From positions 672,001 to 736,000 of the forward strand of contig OZ245365.1 of NCBI GenBank assembly GCA_965226495.1: 64,000 nt of DNA. The letters are read 5' to 3'. Below the pieces are notes generated by a model that did not search any database, had not been told where the DNA came from, and worked only from the letters and a program-made list of their open reading frames with translations. Made by a program: the position numbers and the translations under genes. Shown here in pieces: positions 18,201-27,341 of this stretch. The number at the start of each line of letters is the position of its first letter. Position 1 is the stretch's first letter. Source of the DNA: Candidatus Marinacidobacterales bacterium. Lineage in GTDB: Bacteria > Acidobacteriota > Vicinamibacteria > Marinacidobacterales > DATDRI01.

Positions 18201-18877
18201 AGGACCTCGAGCCTTCGGTGAAGGTGCTCGATCTCCTGCTGCGCATGTTCGATTGAGAATCGCCTATCCAGGAGCCAGAGATACAAAAAGAAAAACGCCA
18301 CCAAGCTCATCATGAATGCCCGGAACATCAACGGATCGAGTCCCGAATCGGCACCTCCCATGACGACCGGCTGAGGATGTTGGGTGCGCCACCAGCGGAT
18401 CGAGAAGAAAACGATGGGAACATCGACGAAGCCGATGATTCCGGCCACCGCTGCCAGGTTGGCCCGTCTGGCTTCGTCGGGGACATAGCGCCGGAGCATC
18501 AAATAGGAGACATAAATGAGCCACAGGACTAGCGCCGTCGTTAGTCGCGCGTCCCACGTCCAATAGATTCCCCAGGCAGGTTTCGCCCAGAGCGGGCCGG
18601 TGAAAAGGCCCATGCTAGTGAAGACGACCCCAATTTCCGCAGAGGCCAGTGCCAAGGTATCGTATTGGCGGCGCCGGGTTGCCAAGTAGGCGACGCTTGC
18701 CAAGAAGACGACCGCAAAGGCGAGAAAAGCGATCCACCAGCTGGCGACATGGAAATAGAATATGCGCTGCAAGTCGCCCATCGTTTTTTCTCGCGGTGCG
18801 TAGAGGAACGCTCCATAGAGGGCCAAACCGACTGTGATGAAAGTTAGAATGGGGAGCGTCTTCTTAAGCGTGCGCAT
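18197..18877 (-). CDS. ccmC: Heme exporter/cytochrome c biogenesis protein CcmC
   Basis: RIFYFHV, WWD motif WAKPAWGIYWTWDARLT, WWRTQHP. Confidence 0.93.
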   Translation of the reverse strand: MRTLKKTLPILTFITVGLALYGAFLYAPREKTMGDLQRIFYFHVASWWIAFLAFAVVFLASVAYLATRRRQYDTLALASAEIGVVFTSMGLFTGPLWAKPAWGIYWTWDARLTTALVLWLIYVSYLMLRRYVPDEARRANLAAVAGIIGFVDVPIVFFSIRWWRTQHPQPVVMGGADSGLDPLMFRAFMMSLVAFFFLYLWLLDRRFSIEHAQQEIEHLHRRLEVL

Positions 18878-18964
18878 GTTGCGTATCTCTGCGTTTTCGA
18901 AGAGCATCATATCATCAGGCTGTGCTAAATTGGCAGCCCGATACTAGCGGGAGAGGTGAGAAAG

Positions 18965-19795
18965 ATGACGATCTGGACGAATCTTGCTGCGGCCAGTCTG
19001 TTGGTTGTGCTGCTGAGCCCCTTCGCCAGCGCCCAAGAGAATCTGCCGGTCGGCGCCGACGGAGCACACGACAGACTCAACAACTCACCGCGCCATGGCG
19101 AATGGGTGAAGGTGGAAACGGGCGGGGGCGATGTGGTCAACGCTTGGCTCGTCTATCCGGAGCGGGACGACAAGGCGCCGGTGGTGGTCGTCATCCATGA
19201 GATCTACGGCCTCACGGATTGGATCCGAGCGGTGGCCGACCAACTCGCCGCCGAGGGTTTCATCGCCATCGCCCCCGATCTCTTGAGCGGAAAGGGGCCC
19301 GACGGTGGAGGTTCGGACTCGGTCGATAACGACGGCGCACGGAGATTGGTTCGCGGGCTGGCTGACGAGGAAGTTGTGAACCGGCTGAACGGAGTCGCTG
19401 ACTACGCGATCGGCTTGCCCGCGGCGAGCGACGACTTCGCGGTCATCGGCTTCTGCTGGGGAGGACGAACCAGCTTCGCGTACGCCACCCAGCAGAAGAA
19501 CTTGAGCGCCGCCGTCGTCTACTACGGAACTGCTCCTTCGAAGGAGGCGCTTGATCACGTGCAAGCACCAGTCCTCGGCCTATACGGCGGTGAGGACAAT
19601 CGAGTGAACGCCACCATCGAGCTCACCGCGAACGAGATGCAACGCCTCGGCGGGCAGTACGAGTTCGAGATTTTCGGTGGCGCCGGCCATGGCTTCCTCC
19701 GAGCCCAGGACGGTCAGAACGGAGCTAACTTGAAGGCTACCGAGAAGGCCTGGCCCCGCACGGTGGCTTTCCTTAAGAAACACCTGGAATTTTAG
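18965..19795 (+). CDS. Dienelactone hydrolase family protein with signal peptide
   Basis: VVVIHEIYGL, GFCWGG nucleophile elbow, GEDNR, GAGHGF. Signal peptide ending ASA-Q. RBS GGAGAGG. Confidence 0.9.
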   Translation: MTIWTNLAAASLLVVLLSPFASAQENLPVGADGAHDRLNNSPRHGEWVKVETGGGDVVNAWLVYPERDDKAPVVVVIHEIYGLTDWIRAVADQLAAEGFIAIAPDLLSGKGPDGGGSDSVDNDGARRLVRGLADEEVVNRLNGVADYAIGLPAASDDFAVIGFCWGGRTSFAYATQQKNLSAAVVYYGTAPSKEALDHVQAPVLGLYGGEDNRVNATIELTANEMQRLGGQYEFEIFGGAGHGFLRAQDGQNGANLKATEKAWPRTVAFLKKHLEF

Positions 19796-19844
19796 GGGCC
19801 CAGACGCCGGGGCAGACCCCTGTATATTCATGTATAGATTCTAT

Positions 19845-20279
19845 TCACTTCCGGGGCGTTTCTCGGAGCTCGAAATCCTCCCAGCAGCACCAACATGGCC
19901 CCGGCGTGTGGGCGGTGATGTTGCAGACGTCACACCGATAAAAGATGTCGTAGAGCTTGCCGTCGTGGACAGAGTAGAGCTTGATGATCTCGAGCTCGTT
20001 CTCTTCGCGCAACCAACCCTCGATCTCTAACTCCTGGGAACGCACTCGTGGGTCGGTCAGCATCTCGACGCGTTTATCGGTCGGTGAAAAGCGGTAGAGC
20101 CTTTCGTCATGCGCTCGAAAGGCAAAGCCGTTTGCGAGGTCGCAGGACTCTTCGTCCGAAGGCTTGCCCGAGGAGTCGAGGCAAACCGTGCGCCCGCGAA
20201 CTGTGATCTCTTTCGGCTGCGGTGATGGAAAAAGTATGGTCGATAATGAGATCGCGGTGGCGGCGAGATGTCCTAACAC
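19845..20279 (-). CDS. Hypothetical exported protein with a C-terminal Cys-rich heavy-metal-binding-like motif
   Basis: Hydrophobic N-terminus, beta-rich core, C-terminal YRCDVCNITAHTPGPCWCCWEDFEL. Starts 3 nt after the ccmB stop. Confidence 0.65.
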   Translation of the reverse strand: MLGHLAATAISLSTILFPSPQPKEITVRGRTVCLDSSGKPSDEESCDLANGFAFRAHDERLYRFSPTDKRVEMLTDPRVRSQELEIEGWLREENELEIIKLYSVHDGKLYDIFYRCDVCNITAHTPGPCWCCWEDFELRETPRK

Positions 20280-20282
20280 GGG

Positions 20283-20975
20283 CTATTCTTCCAGAACGTA
20301 CTCGAAGGTTAGCCAGGATACCACGACGAAAACCATGGCAAAGACCGCCAGCAACCGGATCCAAGGCCAGGGGCTATTGAACAGGTCGGGTTGCAAGATG
20401 AGCCGCGTAGACTCGGCGGCGCCGATCACCACCGGCACCGCGACCGGGAAGAGCAACACCGGGAGCAGGACCTCGCGCATCGTCGTGTTCGCCGCGATGG
20501 CGGCTAGCGTGGTACCAACCGCCGCATAACCTAGGGTTCCGAGGCCTATCACGAGCAGAAAGGTCATGAACGCGACTGGCTCGAGCTCCGCGAATAGATT
20601 CAAGTTGAAAAAGACCATGAAGAGCGGCAAAAGAAAGACTTCCGCAACCAGCATGAAAATAACGTTGGATGCCAGTTTTCCGAAGTAAAGGGCGCTCCGA
20701 TCCACCGGCGCCAGCATCAGTCCATGGATGGAGCGATTTTCGCGCTCGGAAGCGAAACTGCGATTGAGTCCGAGCGACCCGGCGAACACGAACGCAACCC
20801 AAAGAATGCCCGGCGCCAGCGCGAGCGAGGTCTCTCCATCTAGAGAGAGTGTGAAGTTGAAGATCAATAGGACCAGCACCGAGAAGACGAACATCGATAA
20901 CACCATCTCCTTGGTGCGAAGCTCGGAGCGGATGTCTTTCTTGATGATTGCGACGACAGCAGATAGATAACTCAA
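20283..20975 (-). CDS. ccmB: Heme exporter permease CcmB
   Basis: KDIRSELR, APGILWV, RSFASERE..LMLAP, LLPVLLFPVAVPVVI. About 6 TM helices. Confidence 0.93.
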   Translation of the reverse strand: MSYLSAVVAIIKKDIRSELRTKEMVLSMFVFSVLVLLIFNFTLSLDGETSLALAPGILWVAFVFAGSLGLNRSFASERENRSIHGLMLAPVDRSALYFGKLASNVIFMLVAEVFLLPLFMVFFNLNLFAELEPVAFMTFLLVIGLGTLGYAAVGTTLAAIAANTTMREVLLPVLLFPVAVPVVIGAAESTRLILQPDLFNSPWPWIRLLAVFAMVFVVVSWLTFEYVLEE

Positions 20976-20981
20976 ACTGCC

Positions 20982-21692
20982 CTACCGTGTCTTTTGGGTA
21001 ACTTCGGTGAAGATCTTCCGAAATTCCTTTGGATCTTGCCTGCCCATTCCTTCGTGAACCACTCGTCCGGATTCCAGGATGGCGACGCGGTCGGCGGCTG
21101 CGAGTCCGCGCTCGAGATCGTGGGTCGTTAGAATGGCTGCGGTCCCTTGTTCTCGGAAGTCGGTAAGCAGACCCGACAGCCGGTCCGCCGACACGGGGTC
21201 GAGGCCGGTGTAAGGCTCGTCGAGTAGTAGCAGAGAGGGTCGGTGCAGTACTGCGCGGGCGATGGTGAGCCGTTGATGCATTCCGCGCGATAGGCTCCTC
21301 ACCGGAGAGTCGGCCCGGGCCGACAGGTCGGAGCGCCGTATTGCCTCATCGACCACAGAACCTGCATCTGAGAGCCCGTACAATTGAGCATAGAACGCGA
21401 GGTTTTCTCGCACGGTGAGATCCGGATAAAGAAAGCTAGCGTGAGAAACGAGCCCGATCCGGCGGCGGACTTCTTCGGCCACCGAGGATCCATCGTCATC
21501 GCCGTAGATAAGCCGTCCCTCGGTGGGCTTCATCAACGTCGCTGCTAAATGAAGGAAAGTTGTTTTTCCGGCGCCGTTTCTACCGAAGAGGGCCAGTACT
21601 TCTCCAGCTGCTACTCGCAGATTGAGATTGACTACCGCCGCGAAGCGTCCGAAGCGTTTGGTAACACCTCGAGCCTCGAGCGCAGTGCTCAG
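20982..21692 (-). CDS. ccmA: Heme ABC exporter ATP-binding protein CcmA
   Basis: Walker A GRNGAGKT, signature LSRGMHQR, LLLDEP, TTH. Start inferred at CTG 21692 (CTGA overlap, AAGGGGG RBS). The ORF-track extension to 21923 overlaps the upstream gene. Confidence 0.88.
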   Translation of the reverse strand: MSTALEARGVTKRFGRFAAVVNLNLRVAAGEVLALFGRNGAGKTTFLHLAATLMKPTEGRLIYGDDDGSSVAEEVRRRIGLVSHASFLYPDLTVRENLAFYAQLYGLSDAGSVVDEAIRRSDLSARADSPVRSLSRGMHQRLTIARAVLHRPSLLLLDEPYTGLDPVSADRLSGLLTDFREQGTAAILTTHDLERGLAAADRVAILESGRVVHEGMGRQDPKEFRKIFTEVTQKTR

Positions 21693-22903
21693 TGCTTCCC
21701 CCCCTTTGCCAGAAGAGCTTGGAGCTCCCGCTTTTCCTTCTTGTAACGCTTGGAAGAGATCTTTCCGGTTGCGTGCTGCTCTTCGAGTCGAGTTATCGAA
21801 TGCCTGAGAGTGTTGACTGGGTCGGTCTTGGTGGCGGCGACATCCCCGCTTGAGGGTGTCGGCACCAAAGCGGCGAGAAGGCCGTACGCCAGGGCTGCTG
21901 CCATCAGGGTAACGATGAGCCATTTTTGTGCGCTTGTGGAGTCGGGAAGGACGGTGATGCGTGGGCCGGAAGGTGGTTGCTCGCCGCCCCCTTCAGAGGA
22001 GGAGGGAATCAAATTGGCAGCGTGCTCACTCCCGCCCCAGAGATCCACCTCGAGCGGCGTTCCGGCTGCGACGTTTTCGCGATAAAGAACCAAGAAACGT
22101 CCGTCCGGATCGGGTCCCCTGTTCTCCCACCCTTCGGCGTCGACCTCAATGTCGGCGGGCGCCACGAGGATCATCGCCTCGGCCAGCGGAAAAAACGCCG
22201 TGTCCCGAAACTCACGTCCCTCCGTCTCCGAGTACTCAACGTCGTACGAGACCGTGAAGTCGGTCGAGCCCGGCTTGAACGCGGTCCGTGTGAAAAAGCC
22301 GGGGCCATCGGGCGCGGGCGAGGCCGGCTGCGGCACTGGCATTCCGCTGCTCGAGGTTGCAGAGACCGAGCGGAGCTCGACCACGTCGGCAGGAAGAGTA
22401 AAGCGAAACGTTCCCTCGGGATCGAAGAGGGTCCTTGGCGGGGAAGTCTTGTTCTCGACCACGAACAACTTGTCCACACGGAGCCGTTCGCCGTCGCGTC
22501 GTAGCAAGTAGCGCGCCGTTGTTATGGTGACGTCCTCCCACTCGTCGGTGGCATCGTAGACGGTGAAAGAAGCGTTGGCCTCGTAGCCTCGCCCGAAGCT
22601 CACCCTTTGGTTGTAGTTCACGCCCCCGAAAGTGACCTGGAGAAGGTAGGGAGCTTCCCCCGCGATCTCGATGTTCTCGAGCACGAACGTTCCGGAGACG
22701 TTCTCCGCCGTTTTGATCGGTTCCATCCCGGAGCTCAGCTTGAAGAGCGTCACCTTCTTGCCACTGCCGGGTCCTCCGGTGGTTCCGTTGACGATGGTCC
22801 CGCGCAGGACACCGCCACGAGGCTGAGCGGAGAGAAGAGAGGGCGCACCCCAGTACACCGTAAAGCCCAATACGATCGCCGTCGCGACAGTGAGGCCGGT
22901 CAT
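21689..22903 (-). CDS. Membrane-anchored ccm-associated protein (carboxypeptidase-regulatory-like/Ig-like beta domains, C-terminal TM plus CcmI-like helix)
   Basis: N-terminal TM, LRGTIVNGTTG beta-sandwich start, second TM WLIVTLMAAALAYGLLAAL, tail RLEEQHATGKISSKRYKKEK. Confidence 0.7.
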   Translation of the reverse strand: MTGLTVATAIVLGFTVYWGAPSLLSAQPRGGVLRGTIVNGTTGGPGSGKKVTLFKLSSGMEPIKTAENVSGTFVLENIEIAGEAPYLLQVTFGGVNYNQRVSFGRGYEANASFTVYDATDEWEDVTITTARYLLRRDGERLRVDKLFVVENKTSPPRTLFDPEGTFRFTLPADVVELRSVSATSSSGMPVPQPASPAPDGPGFFTRTAFKPGSTDFTVSYDVEYSETEGREFRDTAFFPLAEAMILVAPADIEVDAEGWENRGPDPDGRFLVLYRENVAAGTPLEVDLWGGSEHAANLIPSSSEGGGEQPPSGPRITVLPDSTSAQKWLIVTLMAAALAYGLLAALVPTPSSGDVAATKTDPVNTLRHSITRLEEQHATGKISSKRYKKEKRELQALLAKGGKH

Positions 22904-22908
22904 TGCTG

Positions 22909-23448
22909 TCAGGCTGGTATAGCTACGCCGCACGAGTTGCAAAAGCGGGCCTCCTCTTGGAGTTGGGCGTCACACTGAGGGCAGTTTGCGGGGCCTGTCA
23001 TCTTGTTCCCACAGTGCATGCAAAACTGTGCTCCGGCCGGGTTCGGCTGCTCGCAGGAGGGACACGACGTTCCGCTCACGATTTCGGTTGATTGCGGGGC
23101 TGATTGTCCGGATTGCCCGACCGCTACCGAGTCCTTTTCCTGTGAGGTCGGCGCAGACACCGCGTCGGCTGCAGAGATTTCATCGAGACGGGCGATGACC
23201 TCGGCGGCCTGAGCGAGAATGTCGGCTCGAATCGACTTGTAGTCAGCGTCCGACAGCTTCCCCGCTTGGTATTCGAAGTCGACGTCTTTGATCGCCTCGT
23301 AAAAACGCTCCTTCTTCTCGCCGAGGCTCTTTCGCTCTTGAGCGATTGCCGTCGGAGGCTGGCTGACTTCCGACGCGCGAGCAAAGATGGGAAAGAGTAC
23401 GAACAACACGACGCCACCCGCGAGCGCCGCCAAAAAGAGAAGGGTCAA
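22909..23448 (-). CDS. CcmI/CycH N-terminal-like protein fused to a double zinc ribbon
   Basis: TM, then KDVDFEYQAGKLSDADY (CcmI-type motif), then CPSC..FCMHCG and CPQC..FCNSCG. Start set at TTG 23448, just after the ccmH stop. Confidence 0.75.
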   Translation of the reverse strand: MTLLFLAALAGGVVLFVLFPIFARASEVSQPPTAIAQERKSLGEKKERFYEAIKDVDFEYQAGKLSDADYKSIRADILAQAAEVIARLDEISAADAVSAPTSQEKDSVAVGQSGQSAPQSTEIVSGTSCPSCEQPNPAGAQFCMHCGNKMTGPANCPQCDAQLQEEARFCNSCGVAIPA

Positions 23449-23452
23449 TATC

Positions 23453-23980
23453 CTAGAAGTCCTGAAGCTCTCGCTCGATGCGAGCTTGTTGCTCGGCGGT
23501 GACCTTCGTCTCCGAGCCTTCACTGCTGGTCTCGGCGGTTTGGCGTTTCCAAGAACCGAGGACACTCTTCGCAACCCATGCCCCGGCGATCAGAACCACG
23601 AAGGGCATGATCCAAGCGGCAAGGTGAAAACCGGAGGTCGGCGGCGCAGATAGAACGATCAGCCCGTAGCGATCGACGAAGCCGGCCAGAATGGCTTTCT
23701 TGCCCTCGCCCTGGGCCAGCTTTTCCTTGACCTCCGCACGCATCGGAGTTGCCGAGTGACAGCCTTGCATTTCACAGGTGCTGAGCATCTTGTGACAACC
23801 GCACTGGCAAATGAGGGAGTCCGCGACTTCCTTGAAGAGGGCCTCCTCGGCGGTGTATTGCTGTGTCGTGTGTGCCGGTGAGCCGAGTAGCAACATCAGC
23901 ATGACGCTCAAGAAGAGCGAGCTGACGAATGTCCTCGAGCTCTTCGACCTCATCAACCCTACCAGGCTCACCAACCTCAT
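23453..23980 (-). CDS. ccmH: Cytochrome c biogenesis protein CcmH/NrfF
   Basis: LICQCGC, A..MRAEVKEKLAQG..IL..FVDRYG..VLSAPP..WIMPF. Exact start uncertain (23980 or 23953). Confidence 0.85.
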   Translation of the reverse strand: MRLVSLVGLMRSKSSRTFVSSLFLSVMLMLLLGSPAHTTQQYTAEEALFKEVADSLICQCGCHKMLSTCEMQGCHSATPMRAEVKEKLAQGEGKKAILAGFVDRYGLIVLSAPPTSGFHLAAWIMPFVVLIAGAWVAKSVLGSWKRQTAETSSEGSETKVTAEQQARIERELQDF

Positions 23981-23990
23981 AGGCGGGGCA

Positions 23991-26039
23991 CTAGGCTACC
24001 TCGTGACGACGACCGACGTCGGCTTCGGTTTCGTCACGGGGCGCGGTCTCGGCTTTGTCCTTGCGGGCTAGCTTTAGCTCACGCTTGTTGGGAATCATGA
24101 TGACGATGGTACCCAGGAACATGACGATGCCGCCGACCCAGACCCAGCGGACCAGAGGATTCAAGTAGACCTGAACGGTGGCCTTGTCCTCTTCCGTCAC
24201 CCCACTGAACACCAAGTAGAGGTCTTCACGAAAAGTAGAGTACCTCCGCACCTCCGAAGTAGGTTGTTCGCTGGCGCGGTAGAAATGCTTCTGCGGGTCG
24301 TACTCTCCGATGAGCTCTCCGCTCTTGCTGACCGCGAGGACGGTCGACATCCAATCGTAGTTGGGCGTCGTTCCGTCTTCGAGACGAAGGAGCTCGACTG
24401 TATAGTCTCCGATGCTGATGGACTCGCCCGGCACGAGGTCGGCCTGGCGGTCTACGTTGAAAGCAGATCCTGCGATACCGATGAAGATCAGCACCATCCC
24501 CAAGTGCACGATGTATCCACCCCAACGGCGGGTATTGACCAGGGTCAGATCCACTATCGCCGAAGCATAACTGCCGCCGCGATGGCGTTGGCGCGCAACC
24601 GTCCCCTTGTGAAACTCCTGCACGACGGTGCCGATGACGAAAACCGACAAAATGTAACAAACGAGCGCGTAGAAGTGCCGCATTCCGAAGGCAAACAAGA
24701 TTGCGCCCGCCACGAGTCCCGCAATAGAGGGAGCTAGGAAGTTGCGCCTCAAGCCGTCGAGCGAGCTCTTGCGCCAGGCGAGCAACGGGCCGACCCCGGT
24801 CAAGAAAAGCAGAAGCAGCCCAATCGGCACGTTGATCTTGTTGAAGAACGGCGGTCCCACGCTCACCCTCTCGCCCTGGATCGCCTCCGAGAAGACCGGA
24901 AATAGCGTACCCCATAGCACCGCGAAGCAAGCTGCCAAGAAGAGAAGGTTGTTGAAGAGGAAACTCGACTCTCGCGAAACCAAAGAGTCCAGTTCGTTCT
25001 CGCTTTTGAGCAGGGGTAGTCGAGAAATAATGAGCCATATGCAGAAGACCGCTGCCACGATAATGAATATGAGGAAAATCTGGGCAAACTCAGACTCGGC
25101 GAACGCGTGCACCGAGGAAACGATGCCGCTTCGCGTCAAGTAGGTGCCCAAGATGCACAGCAGATAGGTCGTGAGCACGAGGGACACGTTCCAGACCTTG
25201 AGCATCCCTTTTCGTTCCTGGATCATCACCGAGTGCAGATATGCGGTGGCGGTTAGGTAGGGCATCAGTGACGCGTTTTCCACAGGATCCCACGCCCAGT
25301 ACCCGCCCCAGCCGAGCTCGACGTACGCCCAGCGTCCACCGAGAATGATCCCAGTGCCCAAGAAGAACCAGGAGAAAAGCGTCCACCGCCGGGTGGAGGT
25401 TATCCACGCCGACCCGAGCTGCCGGGAGAGAAGCGCCGCCACGCAGAACGCGAACGGTATGGCGAAGCTCACGTAGCCGATATAGAGAATCGGTGGGTGG
25501 ATCACCATGATGGGATGCTGCAGCAACGGGTTCAGTCCACGTCCGTCCGGCGGAGCAAAGACTTCCGTCGCGCCCGAGGCGGTCACGACCCCGAGCTGGT
25601 GGAAGGGATTTGTCACCCAGTAGTTCATGTAGGTGAAGAAGAGGATGATGACCCCGAGGGTCGCCACCACATAGGGCATCAACTCGCGATTCTTGCTGCG
25701 GTTGGTCCACACCGCGACGGCGCTGAAAACGATGAGCAACCAGCTCCAGAAGAGAAGCGAGCCATCGTTGCCGGCCCAAAGCGAAGCGACCTTATAAAAC
25801 ATCGGCAGTTCGCGGTTTGAGTAGTTGGCGACGTACTCGAATCTAAAATCGCTATTGAAGAGCAGGGTAACGAGCGCAAAGACCGAAGCCGTGGACAGTC
25901 CGGCACAAGCGAGAAGGGAACGCTCGGCGCTTGCCACGAGTCCCGGGCGGCCCTTGCGGGCTCCGAGCAGCGACGCCACGATGGCGTATACGGCCAACAC
26001 GAAGATGGCCATCAAGGAAAAGTTTCCTAAGTGTTGCAT
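23991..26039 (-). CDS. ccmF: Heme lyase CcmF
   Basis: WAGNDGSLLFW, GLNPLLQHP..HPP, ELGWGGYWAWDPVENASL, TRSGIVSSVHAF, NPLVRWVWVGG. Confidence 0.97.
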   Translation of the reverse strand: MQHLGNFSLMAIFVLAVYAIVASLLGARKGRPGLVASAERSLLACAGLSTASVFALVTLLFNSDFRFEYVANYSNRELPMFYKVASLWAGNDGSLLFWSWLLIVFSAVAVWTNRSKNRELMPYVVATLGVIILFFTYMNYWVTNPFHQLGVVTASGATEVFAPPDGRGLNPLLQHPIMVIHPPILYIGYVSFAIPFAFCVAALLSRQLGSAWITSTRRWTLFSWFFLGTGIILGGRWAYVELGWGGYWAWDPVENASLMPYLTATAYLHSVMIQERKGMLKVWNVSLVLTTYLLCILGTYLTRSGIVSSVHAFAESEFAQIFLIFIIVAAVFCIWLIISRLPLLKSENELDSLVSRESSFLFNNLLFLAACFAVLWGTLFPVFSEAIQGERVSVGPPFFNKINVPIGLLLLFLTGVGPLLAWRKSSLDGLRRNFLAPSIAGLVAGAILFAFGMRHFYALVCYILSVFVIGTVVQEFHKGTVARQRHRGGSYASAIVDLTLVNTRRWGGYIVHLGMVLIFIGIAGSAFNVDRQADLVPGESISIGDYTVELLRLEDGTTPNYDWMSTVLAVSKSGELIGEYDPQKHFYRASEQPTSEVRRYSTFREDLYLVFSGVTEEDKATVQVYLNPLVRWVWVGGIVMFLGTIVIMIPNKRELKLARKDKAETAPRDETEADVGRRHEVA

Positions 26040-26060
26040 GGGTTTCCGGACGCGCCGCGG

Positions 26061-26486
26061 TTAGTAACTTTCCGGGCTGCCTTCTTGGGTGCTCTCACCG
26101 TACGCCGCCTCATACTTGGACGCGCACTTCGCTTGAATCATCGAGGCCTCGAAGGAGCCGTTCCGGTAGTGCCCCTCGGCCAGTGCTTGAGCGCGATCGA
26201 CGAGGGTGTCAGGCAGAGGATCCTTGCCGACGTAGCGGACGGTGAGCACGTCATCGTCCTGACTGATCTGAAACTCGACGCCCCCATCACGTCTCACGAT
26301 GGAACCTGGTACCACGTTGCCCCCGACCCGCATCCTGACGCCGTCCGCGCTCGAGCCCATCTCCTTCAGTTCGGAAACCGTTTGGTAATAGGCCTTTCCT
26401 TCCTCGAAACCGGAGATCGCCAGCCAAAGAATGCCTCCGAGAATCAAGAGGATGCCCGCCGCAAACTTGGTTTTCTTGGGTGCCAT
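26061..26486 (-). CDS. ccmE: Heme chaperone CcmE, CxxxY variant
   Basis: N-terminal TM, YYQTVSE, RVGGNVVPGSI, Y.G..PD, IQAKCASKY. RBS GAGGAG before ATG 26486. Confidence 0.92.
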   Translation of the reverse strand: MAPKKTKFAAGILLILGGILWLAISGFEEGKAYYQTVSELKEMGSSADGVRMRVGGNVVPGSIVRRDGGVEFQISQDDDVLTVRYVGKDPLPDTLVDRAQALAEGHYRNGSFEASMIQAKCASKYEAAYGESTQEGSPESY

Positions 26487-26526
26487 CGATTCACTCCTCA
26501 ATCTGTGCGCGCTGGACGTCACGCGG

Positions 26527-26535
26527 ATTATACCA
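26527..26535 (-). promoter_or_regulatory. Extended -10 element (TGGTATAAT) upstream of ccmE
   Basis: TGnTATAAT on the minus strand, 40 nt upstream of the ccmE start. Confidence 0.5.
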
Positions 26536-26593
26536 GTAGACGAGCTTCTCCGCTGGAGGGAGTTAATCCCTTTTGTATCAGATGGTTAACTGG

Positions 26594-27340
26594 CTATTTC
26601 GCCCCGGTCACGAAACGCCAAAGCATTCGTATGGGGTCGTAGCGCCTGTCCGCTACCCGTTCCTTCAGAGGAATGATCGCGTTGTCGGTGATGGTGATCG
26701 ATTCGGGGCAGACTTCGGTGCAGCATTTCGTGATGTTGCAATAGCCGATGCCCCCCTCTTCTCGAAGGTACGACGAGCGGTCTGCAGTATCGAGCGGGTG
26801 CATTTCGTAAACCGCGGCTCGAACCAGGAAGGCGGGGCCGATGAACTCCTGTTCCTTCTCGTGGGTACGGAGCACATGACACACGTCCTGGCAGAGGAAG
26901 CACTCGATGCACTTCCTGAACTCCTGGGGCCTTTCGACCTCGTACTGGTACATACGCCAGGAGCCGTCGGGGAAATCCGGCTTTCGTGGTTGGAAGTAGG
27001 GCAGGCGGCGATTGATTTCATAGCCGCGGGAAACGTTGGTGACGAGGTCCTTGATGACCGGAAACGCTCGCATGGGCGTAATCGTGATCGGTTCATCTTC
27101 GGGATAGTCCGACATGCGAGTCATGCACATGAGCCTGGGATGGCCGTTGACCTCTGCACTGCAACTCCCGCACTTCCCGGCCTTGCAGTTCCACCGGCAG
27201 GCGAGGTCTGGCGCGTGCTCGGCCTGAATGCGAAGGACGACGTCGAGTACGACCATGCCTTCCTCGGCGTTCACCGCAAACTGTTGGATTTCGCCATTCT
27301 CACGCGTCCCGCGGAACACCCCGATCGAACGCACCGCCAT
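26594..27340 (-). CDS. sdhB: Succinate dehydrogenase/fumarate reductase iron-sulfur subunit
   Basis: CKAGKCGSC..C, CIECFLCQDVC and CNITKCCTEVCP cluster motifs. Confidence 0.95.
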   Translation of the reverse strand: MAVRSIGVFRGTRENGEIQQFAVNAEEGMVVLDVVLRIQAEHAPDLACRWNCKAGKCGSCSAEVNGHPRLMCMTRMSDYPEDEPITITPMRAFPVIKDLVTNVSRGYEINRRLPYFQPRKPDFPDGSWRMYQYEVERPQEFRKCIECFLCQDVCHVLRTHEKEQEFIGPAFLVRAAVYEMHPLDTADRSSYLREEGGIGYCNITKCCTEVCPESITITDNAIIPLKERVADRRYDPIRMLWRFVTGAK

Positions 27341-27341
27341 C

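Noticed and set aside
22909-23980. Cys/His clusters as c-type heme CxxCH sites
   Set aside because: Spacing is CMHC, CGCH and QGCH, not CxxCH. They fit zinc-ribbon and CcmH thiol motifs.
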